DNA of 27,751 nucleotides from Candidatus Binatus sp. GTDB taxonomy: Bacteria > Chloroflexota > Dormibacteria > CF-121. The stretch spans positions 1 to 27,751 of the forward strand of contig DATNNA010000055.1 in NCBI GenBank assembly GCA_035602075.1, written 5' to 3'. How positions within the stretch are numbered: position 1 is the stretch's first letter; every line of letters begins with the position of its first letter. A model generated the notes under the pieces. That model saw only the letters and a list, made by a program, of their open reading frames with translations. It made no database searches and was not told the origin of the DNA. Below are positions 1-8,674 of the stretch, in pieces. The position numbers were made by a program, and so were the translations under genes.

Positions 1-139
1 CAGGCAGGTTGCCCACGTGTTACTCACCCGTCCGCCACTAGCGCTAGCCACCCTTGCGGGCAGCTAGCACCCGTTCGACTTGCATGTGTCAGGCACGCCG
101 CCAGCGTTAATCCTGAGCCAGGATCAAACTCTCCGTAAA
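1..139 (-). rRNA. rrs: 16S rRNA, 5' end (partial; continues off the left edge)
   Basis: Reverse complement reads GGAGAGTTTGATCCTGGCTCAGGATTAACGCTGGCGGCGTGCCTGACACATGCAAGTCGAACGG...GTGGCGGACGGGTGAGTAACACGTGGGCAACCTGCC. The universal 27F site is at 113-132. The exact mature 5' end is approximate. Confidence 0.97.
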
Positions 140-229
140 AACCTCGACCCAACAGGGCTGAGGTTAAAGAATCGAATTGGGGTCCCTACGACATTTCGAA
201 GGGCCTTCTCGGAGAAGTCCGTTCCACTC

Positions 230-246
230 TTCAATTGTTAAGGTGC
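230..246 (-). promoter_or_regulatory. rrn leader boxA-like antitermination element
   Basis: Minus strand GCACCTTAACAATTGAA lies between the promoter and the 16S start and resembles boxA (TGCTCTTTAACAA type). Confidence 0.5.
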
Positions 247-297
247 TCGCCGGGCCTTAAGCGCAGGATTACCTCCCGCCTCTCGGGCAGCTTGAGA

Positions 298-328
298 ATG
301 ATACCCCATGGGGGCGCGTAATTGTCAA
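298..328 (-). promoter_or_regulatory. rrn promoter (proximal), sigma70-type
   Basis: Perfect TTGACA (328-323) and TATCAT (303-298) on the minus strand upstream of 16S. The spacer is 19 nt, longer than usual. Confidence 0.6.
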
Positions 329-348
329 GAACGTACGAACGCCCAGTT

Positions 349-376
349 AGCGTACCCCAGCAAGGTGGCGCTTAAA
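349..376 (-). promoter_or_regulatory. possible distal rrn promoter
   Basis: TTTAAG-N16-TACGCT. The -10 is preceded by TGGGG, as in the proximal promoter. Confidence 0.3.
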
Positions 377-407
377 CGGCGCCGCCGGCCGCTGGCGTCA
401 TGTGTGC

Positions 408-671
408 CTAGCGGTACTCGGGCAGCTTCTCGAGCTCGTCCGCCGCCAGGTCCGTATAGACCCGAAGGGTCGTAATCTTCGGGATCCGATCCGCTCGAAC
501 CTCGACCTTGTGACCGCCACGCGCCAGCTTCACCACGATCCCGTGAAAGATGTCTTCCTCGCGGTCGCCCAACAGCTCCTCCATCCGCCCGATCTCCTCG
601 CCGGCCTCATCCATGACCGGCGCCTTCGCCGGCATCGCCAGCCAGGCGACCTCGCGCTCTTCCTCGTCCAT
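408..671 (-). CDS. small PRC-barrel-like protein
   Basis: 87 aa, abutting the recR stop. The pattern V-x-DxxGxxIGxxxExxGDxxxDIFxGIVV...V.ADRI..I resembles PRC-barrel proteins. Confidence 0.55.
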   Translation of the reverse strand: MDEEEREVAWLAMPAKAPVMDEAGEEIGRMEELLGDREEDIFHGIVVKLARGGHKVEVRADRIPKITTLRVYTDLAADELEKLPEYR

Positions 672-1271
672 CTAGAAGGCGCGCCTCCCGCTGAAGGCGC
701 GGGCCAGCGTCAGCTCGTCGGCATATTCCAACTCGCCGCCAACCGGCAATCCGTGCGCCAGCCGTGAGGTTCGCACTCCCAGTGGCGCCAGTTGCTCGGC
801 CAGGTAGGCCGCGGTCGCCTCGCCTTCCATATCCGGATCGGTCGCCAGGATCACCTCGGAGACCGGCTCCTGGCGCAGGCGGCGGAGCAGCTCCGCGATC
901 TTCAGCTCGCCCGGCCCGACGCCATCAATCGGCGACAACGCTCCGTGCAGGACATGGTACAAACCGTGATACTCAGCCGTTCGCTCGATCGCCAGCACGT
1001 CGAGTGGCTCTTCCACGACGCACAGCACGCTGCGATCGCGCCGGGTCGACAGGCAGATGGTGCATCGCTCGCCTTCGGCGATGAAGAAGCACTCGTCGCA
1101 GAAGCGAATCCGGGCCTTGACCTCGACCAGGGCCGTGGCGAGCCGGTCGACCGACTCCCGCGGCGCCCGCAATATATAGAAGGATAGGCGCTGGGCGGTC
1201 TTTGGCCCGATGCCGGGCAGCCGGCCGAGCTCCTCCATCACCCGAGTGAGCGCCGGCGGGATCTCAGCCAA
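672..1271 (-). CDS. recR: recombination mediator RecR
   Basis: LPGIGPKTAQRL HhH motif, C4 zinc finger (CDECFFIAEGERCTIC), Toprim (LCVVE...YHVLHG, EGEATA, GLPVGGELEYAD). TTG start. Confidence 0.97.
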   Translation of the reverse strand: MAEIPPALTRVMEELGRLPGIGPKTAQRLSFYILRAPRESVDRLATALVEVKARIRFCDECFFIAEGERCTICLSTRRDRSVLCVVEEPLDVLAIERTAEYHGLYHVLHGALSPIDGVGPGELKIAELLRRLRQEPVSEVILATDPDMEGEATAAYLAEQLAPLGVRTSRLAHGLPVGGELEYADELTLARAFSGRRAF

Positions 1272-1277
1272 CCGGCT

Positions 1278-1595
1278 CTACCCCATTAAGCCGGGCGGAA
1301 GCCCCATCCCCGACGTCACGGCGCCCATCTCCTTGGTCGCCAGCTCGCGCGCCCTGTCCATCGCGTCGTTCACGGCGGCCGACACCAGGTCCTGGAGCAT
1401 CTCGACGTCCGCCGGATCCACGACTTCCGGCTTGAGCGTGACCGACAGCACCTTCTGGTGACCGTTGACCACCACCTCGACCATGCCGCCGCCGGCGGTT
1501 CCGGTCACCGTCTTCGCGCCCAATTCTTCCTGGACCTTGGCCATCCGGGCCTGCATCTGTTGAAGCTGCTTGAGCATCTTGAACTGCTGACCCAT
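1278..1595 (-). CDS. ybaB: YbaB/EbfC nucleoid-associated protein
   Basis: [38 protein letters not shown] signature; canonical position between dnaX and recR. Confidence 0.95.
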   Translation of the reverse strand: MGQQFKMLKQLQQMQARMAKVQEELGAKTVTGTAGGGMVEVVVNGHQKVLSVTLKPEVVDPADVEMLQDLVSAAVNDAMDRARELATKEMGAVTSGMGLPPGLMG

Positions 1596-3131
1596 CTAGG
1601 CTCTCCCTCGCGGCGTGACCCGCACGTTGGTCGCATCGAACCGGTTCATCGCCTCTTTCACGAGCGGGTCGTCGGCGATCGACCCCGCCGGGCGCCCCGG
1701 CGCCGGCGCCGCCGTGGCGGGCTTCTTCTCCCCCGCGACGAGTTCCACGCGGGTGTCAGCCCCAAAGATCTCCCGGACCGCGACCAGCAGCGTCTCCTTG
1801 TTGGAAGCCTTGTGCATCAGCTCGGCGTGGGCTGGGTAGCGAAACTCGATCCGCACCAGGCCATCCTTGACCTCGGCGAGCCGCGCTTCCATCAACAAAC
1901 TCCCGACCATTTTCGGAAGTCGCTGCTTCAGCGCATCCCAGCGGGCATCGGGACCGAGCACCGGCGGCTCGGTGTCCATGGCCGGCTCGATCATGCGTTC
2001 ACCACCGACCGCCTCGGTCGTCGGCGCCGCCACCGGCACGGTGACCGGCACGGGACGCGTCATGTTCAACAACAACGTGACCTCGAGCAGCAGGCGGGCA
2101 TCGGCGCCTTTGCGCACCTCCGGCTCCATCTCCATCAGGCCCTTCCACAAGCCCAGCAGCGCGTTGCGACCGGCCGCGCGGCCGATCCGCTCCAATCCGG
2201 CCGACGCCGCACCACCCAGGCTTTCCGCATCCTGATAGCCGACCGAGAGCAGGGCCGCCTCGCGGATCGCGCCCAGCAATCCGCGGACCAGCTGCCGCAC
2301 GTCGCCGCCCGCATCGTAGAACCGCTGGAGCTCGCCCAGCGCCTTGGCCCCGTCGCCCTCCGTCACGAACGCCAGCAGCCGAACCAGCGTGTCGGGGTCG
2401 GCCAGCCCGAGTAGCTCGTGCGTCTTCTGCACGGTCAGCTCCTCGCCACCCTGCGAGATCAGTTGGTCGAGCAGCGTGATGCCGTCGCGCATGCTTCCAC
2501 GAGCCAGGCGGGCCAGCAACGCCAGGCTCGGCGGGTCTACCCTGACCTGCTCCTGCTCGACGATCGAGGCTAGGTGCGCGGCGATCGCCCCGGTGTCGAT
2601 GCGGCGGAAGTCGAACCGCTGGCAACGGGAGGCCACGGTCAGCGGAATCTTGTGCGGCTCGGTCGTCGCCAGAATAAAGACCACGTGCGCGGGCGGTTCC
2701 TCGAGCGTCTTCAGCAACGCGTTGAAGGCCTCCGTGGTCAGCATGTGCGCCTCGTCGATGATGTAGACCTTGACCTTCAGCGTCGCCGGCAGATACTTGA
2801 CCCGCTCGCGCAGATCCCGGATCTCGTCGATGCCTCGGTTCGAGGCCGCATCGATCTCGATCAAGTCGACGGCCGCGCCGGTGCCAATTTCGACGCAGTT
2901 CGCGCACACGCCGCACGGCTCCGCGCCACGGCGGTCCAAACAGTTGATCGCCTTCGCCAGGATCCGGGCGGTCGACGTCTTCCCCGTCCCCCGAACGCCC
3001 GAGAACAGGTAGGCATGGGCGACCCGGCCCTGCTCCACCGCGTGCTTGAGGGTCTGGGCAATGGCGTCCTGCCCGACAAGGTCGCCAAATGTCTGCGACC
3101 GGTACTTGAGATATAGCGTCTGATATGCCAT
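1596..3131 (-). CDS. dnaX: DNA polymerase III subunit gamma/tau
   Basis: YQTLYLKYRSQTFGDLVGQ, Walker A GVRGTGKT, Zn motif CxxxxxxxxCxxCxxC, EIDAASNRG, DEAHML, SRC. Start placed at MAYQ (3131) rather than 3149 because 3148-3153 is a TAGAAT -10 hexamer. Confidence 0.97.
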   Translation of the reverse strand: MAYQTLYLKYRSQTFGDLVGQDAIAQTLKHAVEQGRVAHAYLFSGVRGTGKTSTARILAKAINCLDRRGAEPCGVCANCVEIGTGAAVDLIEIDAASNRGIDEIRDLRERVKYLPATLKVKVYIIDEAHMLTTEAFNALLKTLEEPPAHVVFILATTEPHKIPLTVASRCQRFDFRRIDTGAIAAHLASIVEQEQVRVDPPSLALLARLARGSMRDGITLLDQLISQGGEELTVQKTHELLGLADPDTLVRLLAFVTEGDGAKALGELQRFYDAGGDVRQLVRGLLGAIREAALLSVGYQDAESLGGAASAGLERIGRAAGRNALLGLWKGLMEMEPEVRKGADARLLLEVTLLLNMTRPVPVTVPVAAPTTEAVGGERMIEPAMDTEPPVLGPDARWDALKQRLPKMVGSLLMEARLAEVKDGLVRIEFRYPAHAELMHKASNKETLLVAVREIFGADTRVELVAGEKKPATAAPAPGRPAGSIADDPLVKEAMNRFDATNVRVTPRGRA

Positions 3132-3222
3132 CGCGAGGGACCCGACCATTCTAGTGTCAGCTACGGCGCGCCCGACTCAGGGAACGTTCTAATCATGGCA
3201 GGCGCAAGTGCGGACGCCGGTG

Positions 3223-3810
3223 CTAATACTGCTCGAGGCCGTACTCGTCAACTACCAGGTAGAAGGCCTTGCCATCCATGGTGAAGTTCGCGATCACTGG
3301 GGTAGCAGGGGCGAACTTGTAGACCAGCCGCACGTCGAGGACCTGGTTGCTGCCGGTGGCGTCCGACCCCTGTGCAGGGCGCGTCTGCCAGCCGGCCAAC
3401 GGGCACTGGGTGATGCCGTTTATCAGGCTGCAGGTGCGCACCGCGAAACAGACCAGACGACCTGGGGTGTTGAACACGGGAGGCTTGCAGCCTGTCGGAT
3501 CGCCGCACAGGTGACCTGGCGTGGTGGGGTTGCAATCGTTGAGTCCGCCCGGACCTGTATCTCCCCAGACGGTGGTGTTGTTCGCAATCGCTGAGTTGGG
3601 CTCGCTCCGTGTCGAGTTCCCGATGTCCGTGTTGCCGTTGATCACGCCCTGGCGCATCCCGGAGCGGGCCGCGCCAGAGACCTCGATATTGAGGTAGAAC
3701 GCGCGCCCGAGGTCCGTGGCGCCCAGCATTAGCAGGACGAGCACCGGCATGATAATCGCGAACTCGGTCAACGCTTGACCGCCCATTCGCCTCCGTCTGA
3801 TCCTCATCAT
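3223..3810 (-). CDS. TadE-like minor pilin (cassette A, third gene)
   Basis: Basic leader, G|QALTEF class III cleavage site, hydrophobic helix, DLGRAF..EVSGAARSGMR. Six Cys. ATGA overlap with the upstream TadG-like stop. Confidence 0.85.
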   Translation of the reverse strand: MMRIRRRRMGGQALTEFAIIMPVLVLLMLGATDLGRAFYLNIEVSGAARSGMRQGVINGNTDIGNSTRSEPNSAIANNTTVWGDTGPGGLNDCNPTTPGHLCGDPTGCKPPVFNTPGRLVCFAVRTCSLINGITQCPLAGWQTRPAQGSDATGSNQVLDVRLVYKFAPATPVIANFTMDGKAFYLVVDEYGLEQY

Positions 3811-6335
3811 TGCTCCAGGCTCACCGTCCCAACGGCCTGCAGGCCCGGGTTGAACGTGCCGACGTTGTTCAGGGTCACCGTGACCGTCACCCAGTCGCCG
3901 CAGCGGTCGCCGTCACTCATGAAGAGGGTGATCGTCGATTGCAGCCCGGGCGGGATTGGGAAGGTGTACTTACCTGTCACGACGCCATTGCCCAGGGCGC
4001 CGGGGATCGCGTTCTCATGCCCCCAGACCCAGCCGCCGTTCAGCTCGAGGGTCGAGCCGTCGCTGTACGTCATGGTCCAGTCGGAGGAGTTGTTGCTGGT
4101 GAAGGTATGTGTGTACTTGTTACCTGGATCCTGGGCGACGCTCGGATATGCAGGAGAGGTTTCGCCGGGGGTATTGCCGGACGGCGGCAGCGGCACACCC
4201 GGACCGGGGGCTGGGTTCCAGATGCCCTGTGAGAAGTACACCGGTGTGGTGTTGTTGATCTTCACGTACGTTGTGTAGGCATCCATCTTCCATTCATCGC
4301 CGTAGTGCCAGGTCAGGGTCTCGAAGCCTGCCTTCGCGGGCACTGGCGCGGTGAGCGTCGCGTTCGGCGTCTTATAGATGTCGGTCTCGTTGAATCCGCC
4401 GGTCGACGTCGGCGGAGGGCCGCTGCCCACGCCGAATCCGGTGGTGAAGTTCACAGCTGGGCCGGGAATCCCGAAGGCGGTGTAGGTGTAGGCAAGGATC
4501 TGGCCCCGCAGCGCCGCGCCGGTGCCACCGAGCCCAGAGTTCATCTCGACGCCCCCGGCAGTCGCATTGAACGTCTGGTAGATGATGCCGGCGAACTGGT
4601 TGTTGACATTGCCCGCCCCGTCGCCGCCGTCATCCCCGCCGCCACCACCGAGCGAGCCTGCATCGAGGTGGATGAAGGTGCTGTTCTCGAGGTCGAACAG
4701 GATCGGGACCCCACCGGTGGCCGGCGACGTGCCGAGCCCCGGCGCCGACAGGCTGAGGGAGGTGACTTCATTGGTCGATACGAACCCGCCCGACCCTGGT
4801 CCCGCGAACTGGAACGTCACGCCTGATCCCTTGATCCAGGTCTGGTCGCCGCCACCCGTGACGGGCGGTGCCGAGCTACCGTCGCCACAGGTTTCGCCAG
4901 TGCCGGCCGCGCCGGCTATGGAAAGTCCGTTGCCGTGGCCGATCCAGAGGCCGACGGGCGGATTCCATCCAGGGCAAGAGCCCGACGGGCACAGGTCCCA
5001 GTCGGCGGCGGTCTCACCGCTGAGGTCGATGCCGTTGGCTTTAGTGCCGGCCGGCGCCGTGTTCTGGGGCGCCGTCCCCGTGATCTTGAAGACGCCCGGG
5101 CCAAAGTTGTACAGGCCGTGGTTGATCACGATCCAGTCGTAGGTGCCCGGGAGAATCAAATACGGGTCGGTTCCGGGCGGGTTGCAGCCGCCGCTGCCGC
5201 CACTGTTGGCGACGATGTCGCCATTCAGCACAAGGTGTCCACAGGGGGTTGCGTTCGGTGTGATCGCCGGCGACCAGTTTGGAGAAGGGCTGAATCCTAC
5301 TTCGCCACCGTAGTTGGCATTCAACGGCGCCGCCCCGGGTCCGACCGGAGTGCAGGCGATGGGCGCCTGGGCGGGCGGAGCGGTGCAGTAGAGCGTCTTC
5401 CCGGTTTGCAGCGCGAAACCACGCAACCCGGTGACCGTCCCGGAGGCGCAAGCACCACCGTACGGGTCACAAAAGGTCGTTCGATCCTGGAGCACCATGC
5501 TGCCGTTGGACTCCAGGGCAACCGTGTCGCCGGTCGGGATGCTATGCCCGTCGATGCCCGAGATCAGTGGGCTCGAACCGGGCCGAGACCAGAAGGTGGG
5601 ACAGCTGCCGAGCAGCGCTGAACAGCTCAGCTGGCTGCGTTGGGGCGCGACCGTCGGCATGAAGCACTGTGTGTATCCGATTGCGCAGGTGCCCGGAAGA
5701 AGACCCGTGTTGTCCGGCTGATAGAGGTAGATAGCGATGGGCGCCGGCATGCCGGCGACGTTCCCGGGGGGCAGGGCAAGCACGGTTGCCGAGGTCGTGA
5801 CCGTGGTCGTCGGGATGCCGAGCACTCCCATCAGGAAGTTCGGAACGACTTGTGTGATGGTGACCTGCATGCAGTTGTAGGGCACGTTGGTGCAGTTGTC
5901 CGTCAATACCGGGGGTGGCGATGTGGCAGTCACTCGGGTGGTGAACCCTGCCGCGCAAGTCCCGGCGTCAACCCAGGTGGCGCTGAACTGCGTCAAGCCA
6001 AGCCTTGGCGTGCCGGCGTTCGTGCTGCCGCAGCCGCCGGCGGAGTTGGTGAAGAAGCCATTGGCCTGCGCGTAGTCGCGGACAGCGAGGACGATCGGGT
6101 CACTCAACCCGCTCGGCGCCGCCGAGCGCATCGCTGCGCTCAACCGCTTGCCACCGGAGAGCGCCGCCGAGTCGGTCGCGTTTTGCGCCAGGCGGTACAT
6201 CAGGTAGATGTGTCCGGCGTCCAACGCCAGCCCGGCAAAGCCGAACAGGGTAATCGACATCAACGCGAAGATCACCAGGGTCTGGCCGCGCGATCGCCTG
6301 CGGTGGATCGCCAGCGGACCGTGAGTAAAAGCCAT
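3807..6335 (-). CDS. large TadG-like (Tad domain) pilus protein with Cys-rich, Gly/Thr/Pro-rich C-terminus; candidate tip adhesin (G1)
   Basis: RG|QTLVIFALM..LFGFAGLALDAGHIY..YRLAQNATDSAALSG Tad N-terminus; 842 aa; 18 Cys. Confidence 0.85.
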   Translation of the reverse strand: MAFTHGPLAIHRRRSRGQTLVIFALMSITLFGFAGLALDAGHIYLMYRLAQNATDSAALSGGKRLSAAMRSAAPSGLSDPIVLAVRDYAQANGFFTNSAGGCGSTNAGTPRLGLTQFSATWVDAGTCAAGFTTRVTATSPPPVLTDNCTNVPYNCMQVTITQVVPNFLMGVLGIPTTTVTTSATVLALPPGNVAGMPAPIAIYLYQPDNTGLLPGTCAIGYTQCFMPTVAPQRSQLSCSALLGSCPTFWSRPGSSPLISGIDGHSIPTGDTVALESNGSMVLQDRTTFCDPYGGACASGTVTGLRGFALQTGKTLYCTAPPAQAPIACTPVGPGAAPLNANYGGEVGFSPSPNWSPAITPNATPCGHLVLNGDIVANSGGSGGCNPPGTDPYLILPGTYDWIVINHGLYNFGPGVFKITGTAPQNTAPAGTKANGIDLSGETAADWDLCPSGSCPGWNPPVGLWIGHGNGLSIAGAAGTGETCGDGSSAPPVTGGGDQTWIKGSGVTFQFAGPGSGGFVSTNEVTSLSLSAPGLGTSPATGGVPILFDLENSTFIHLDAGSLGGGGGDDGGDGAGNVNNQFAGIIYQTFNATAGGVEMNSGLGGTGAALRGQILAYTYTAFGIPGPAVNFTTGFGVGSGPPPTSTGGFNETDIYKTPNATLTAPVPAKAGFETLTWHYGDEWKMDAYTTYVKINNTTPVYFSQGIWNPAPGPGVPLPPSGNTPGETSPAYPSVAQDPGNKYTHTFTSNNSSDWTMTYSDGSTLELNGGWVWGHENAIPGALGNGVVTGKYTFPIPPGLQSTITLFMSDGDRCGDWVTVTVTLNNVGTFNPGLQAVGTVSLEQ

Positions 6336-6336
6336 C

Positions 6337-6888
6337 TCAATACTCCGTGTGGACGACGCTGATGGTCGTGATCGTGAACGACGGAACGACGCTCGAAATC
6401 AACGGCATCAGCGGCGACCACTTGTACTTCACCTGCACCGATACGTCACGGGCCGTCTGCGAAACGCGCCGCGGGTTTCCGTTGCACCAGGTGTCCTGGG
6501 GAACTCTCGTGGCGACGGCAGGCCACACATAGATGTAGCCCTGGCCGGCGGGGATCAGGTCATTGGGCGTGGGCGCCAGCGGTGGGCCCGGGTTGTTCGG
6601 GTCGGTGTTGCCTACCAGCGAGTTGGGGTCCGGACTGAGTGGGAACCCTCGCCCGACCTGCTCTACCCGCTGCAGGACCGCGCAGTCCGTGGTCTGCTGG
6701 GGGGCCAGGGAGATCAACCGCGCTCCCTCCCGCGTGGCCCACGAGATGGCACCAAACGTATAGACGAGACGCCCGAAATCGATCATGAGAAAGAGCATCA
6801 CGATCAACACCGGTGCCACCAGCGAAAACTCGACCATCGACTGCGCACTGCTCCGGTGGCCACGCCCACGCCGCAGGTTGGAACGCAC
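6337..6888 (-). CDS. TadE-like minor pilin (cassette A, first gene)
   Basis: SA|QSMVEFSLVAPVL...DFGR.....AISWATREGAR TadE motif. Start moved to GTG at 6888, which has TACGTT 7 nt upstream; the ORF track starts at 6945. Confidence 0.82.
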   Translation of the reverse strand: MRSNLRRGRGHRSSAQSMVEFSLVAPVLIVMLFLMIDFGRLVYTFGAISWATREGARLISLAPQQTTDCAVLQRVEQVGRGFPLSPDPNSLVGNTDPNNPGPPLAPTPNDLIPAGQGYIYVWPAVATRVPQDTWCNGNPRRVSQTARDVSVQVKYKWSPLMPLISSVVPSFTITTISVVHTEY

Positions 6889-7013
6889 CGTTGCTAACGT
6901 ACGTCTAAATAAATACAGAGAAGGTTGCAGAACTAACCGCCGCAAAGCAGTGCGGGCTTGTGACCGGGCCGTTACGACACCCTTACCGGAGGTCGGCGGC
7001 CTGCCGTTCTACC

Positions 7014-8033
7014 TCATCCCGCGCTGCCGGTGACGGCGATCGGGTGGCGCAGTACCTGCCGCACCAGTGTGATGGCGAGCGCCCCTTCGACGATCGCGGA
7101 CGACACCCGTCTGACGGCGGTGCGGCGGACGTCGCCGGCCGCGAACACACAAGGCAGGCTGGTTTCCAGCATCAAGGGCGCGCGCTCGCTCATCCAGCCC
7201 TCGGGCAATCGACCATTGCGCAACAGCTCATTCCCGGTCACGAGATAGCCCTCCTCATCGCGCACGATCGATCCCTTCAACCACTCGGTGTTCGGATCGG
7301 CGCCCATCATGACGAACAGCACCCGGGTCCGGGCGGCCTCGATCGTGCCGCTGACGCGATGGCGAAGCCGCACACCCTCGAGGCGCCCCTCGCCGAAGGC
7401 CTCAACGATCTGGGTGTTGACGCGGACCCGGATGTTCCGCGTGCCGTCGATCTCCTTGGCCAAAGCGGCCGCGACGCCGGCATCCAGGGCGCCGGCCCGG
7501 ACCACCATCGTCACATTAGACGCGTGCTTTGCCAGGTCGAGCGCTGCTTGCGCAGCCGCCGCCGTCGCGCCAACGATGAAGACCTCTTGGCCGGCGAGCG
7601 CCGACGGCTCCGCCACCGAGTCCGCGTAGGTGACGCCAGTCCCAGTGAGTTTGTCGACGGTCGGGACTCCGAGCGTGCGATACGCTACTCCGGTCGCGAT
7701 CACGACCGCGTGGGCGGAAATCGTGACGCCATCCGCTAGCGCCACGACCAGTGCACCGGCCCCTACCGACAAACCCACCGCCGGATTCGTCAAGGCAAAA
7801 GTGGCACCCAATCGCTGGGCCTGCTCGTAGATCCGACGCGTGAGCTCGGCGCCGCTCACACCGTCCGCGAAGCCCGGATAGTTTCGAATGGCCGGAGTTG
7901 CCGCGCTGGAGCCGCCCGCGCCGTAGGCGTCGATCACCGTGGTCTTCAGACCGTCCGCGGCCAAGACGGCGGCCGCGAGTCCTGCCGGGCCGGCCCCGAT
8001 CACCGCGAGGTCGTAGCGCTCGGGCACCGTCAC
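7014..8033 (-). CDS. thioredoxin-reductase-like FAD-dependent oxidoreductase without CXXC
   Basis: FAD motif IGAGPAGL, IRNYPGF..GVSG.EL, ATG, C-terminal FAAGDVR. No CXXC; the second dinucleotide motif is degenerate (VGATAAAAQAA). Confidence 0.85.
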   Translation of the reverse strand: MTVPERYDLAVIGAGPAGLAAAVLAADGLKTTVIDAYGAGGSSAATPAIRNYPGFADGVSGAELTRRIYEQAQRLGATFALTNPAVGLSVGAGALVVALADGVTISAHAVVIATGVAYRTLGVPTVDKLTGTGVTYADSVAEPSALAGQEVFIVGATAAAAQAALDLAKHASNVTMVVRAGALDAGVAAALAKEIDGTRNIRVRVNTQIVEAFGEGRLEGVRLRHRVSGTIEAARTRVLFVMMGADPNTEWLKGSIVRDEEGYLVTGNELLRNGRLPEGWMSERAPLMLETSLPCVFAAGDVRRTAVRRVSSAIVEGALAITLVRQVLRHPIAVTGSAG

Positions 8034-8137
8034 GACTGCTCCAGTCTACGGCGGCGCACTATACCGGCCCAGTCACGCGATGAATGATTTTCCGGCGGAC
8101 GCGACTAATCAAGCTGCGGCCGTGTGCGTGGAGGCGC

Positions 8138-8167
8138 AAAAAAAGAGGCCGCCGAAGCGGCCTCTTT
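8138..8167 (-). terminator. intrinsic terminator of the secreted-protein gene
   Basis: Minus strand AAAGAGGCCGC-TTCG-GCGGCCTCTTTTTTT: GC stem, C(UUCG)G tetraloop, U7 tract, 14 nt after the stop. Confidence 0.9.
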
Positions 8168-8181
8168 CTCACTTGCGAACG

Positions 8182-8547
8182 TTAGTCTTCGTTATTGCCG
8201 TTGGTCTCGGCTTTGTCGTTCGCGGTCTTCGACTCGTTGACACCGGCCTGCTCGTTCTGGTCGTTGCAGGCGGCGGGGTCCTCGTGCTGCCAGTTGCCGG
8301 TGTTGTCGCCCGTCTCACCACATTCGGCAGTCGTTGCGGCCGGCTTCGGCGCCGGAGTGGCCGGCTTGGTCGCGGGTGCCGGCTTGGCCGACACGGTCAC
8401 CTTCGACTTCTGGTCGTTCTGCGTCTGGGTCTGCTGCTGGCCATTCTGGTCCTGGCCAGTGGTCCTCGAATCGACCTTGGCCGTTGCGGCGACGCCGCTC
8501 AGCAGCAGAAAGCCGCCGGCGATCATTGCGATAAAGAGTCTACGCAT
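8182..8547 (-). CDS. small secreted low-complexity protein
   Basis: Sec signal MRRLFIAMIAGGFLLLSGVAATA, followed by a Q/N/D/T-rich and PAPK-rich mature region with two Cys. Followed by a strong terminator. Start at 8547 (AAGGAG 14 nt upstream). Confidence 0.75.
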   Translation of the reverse strand: MRRLFIAMIAGGFLLLSGVAATAKVDSRTTGQDQNGQQQTQTQNDQKSKVTVSAKPAPATKPATPAPKPAATTAECGETGDNTGNWQHEDPAACNDQNEQAGVNESKTANDKAETNGNNED

Positions 8548-8645
8548 ATGAGTTCGAATCACTCCTTGGGGCGAGGCTGACAGCCCCGTCCACTTCATTA
8601 AACGAACCGATCGTACTGACTATTCGCGACGGCGCCTCTTACAAC

Positions 8646-8674
8646 TGCCTGCGAAGCCGAAAACGATGCCTGCG
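8646..8674. repeat. 8-bp direct repeat TGCCTGCG with 21-bp period
   Basis: Copies at 8646-8653 and 8667-8674 in the intergenic region upstream of the secreted-protein gene. Confidence 0.4.

Noticed and set aside
1596-3131. Programmed frameshift or slippage site in dnaX
   Set aside because: No A AAA AAG heptamer or poly-A run was seen.
6946-7013. Two hairpins upstream of cassette A as a riboswitch
   Set aside because: No conserved aptamer motif recognised; GC-rich hairpins are expected by chance or as a weak terminator of the flavoprotein gene.
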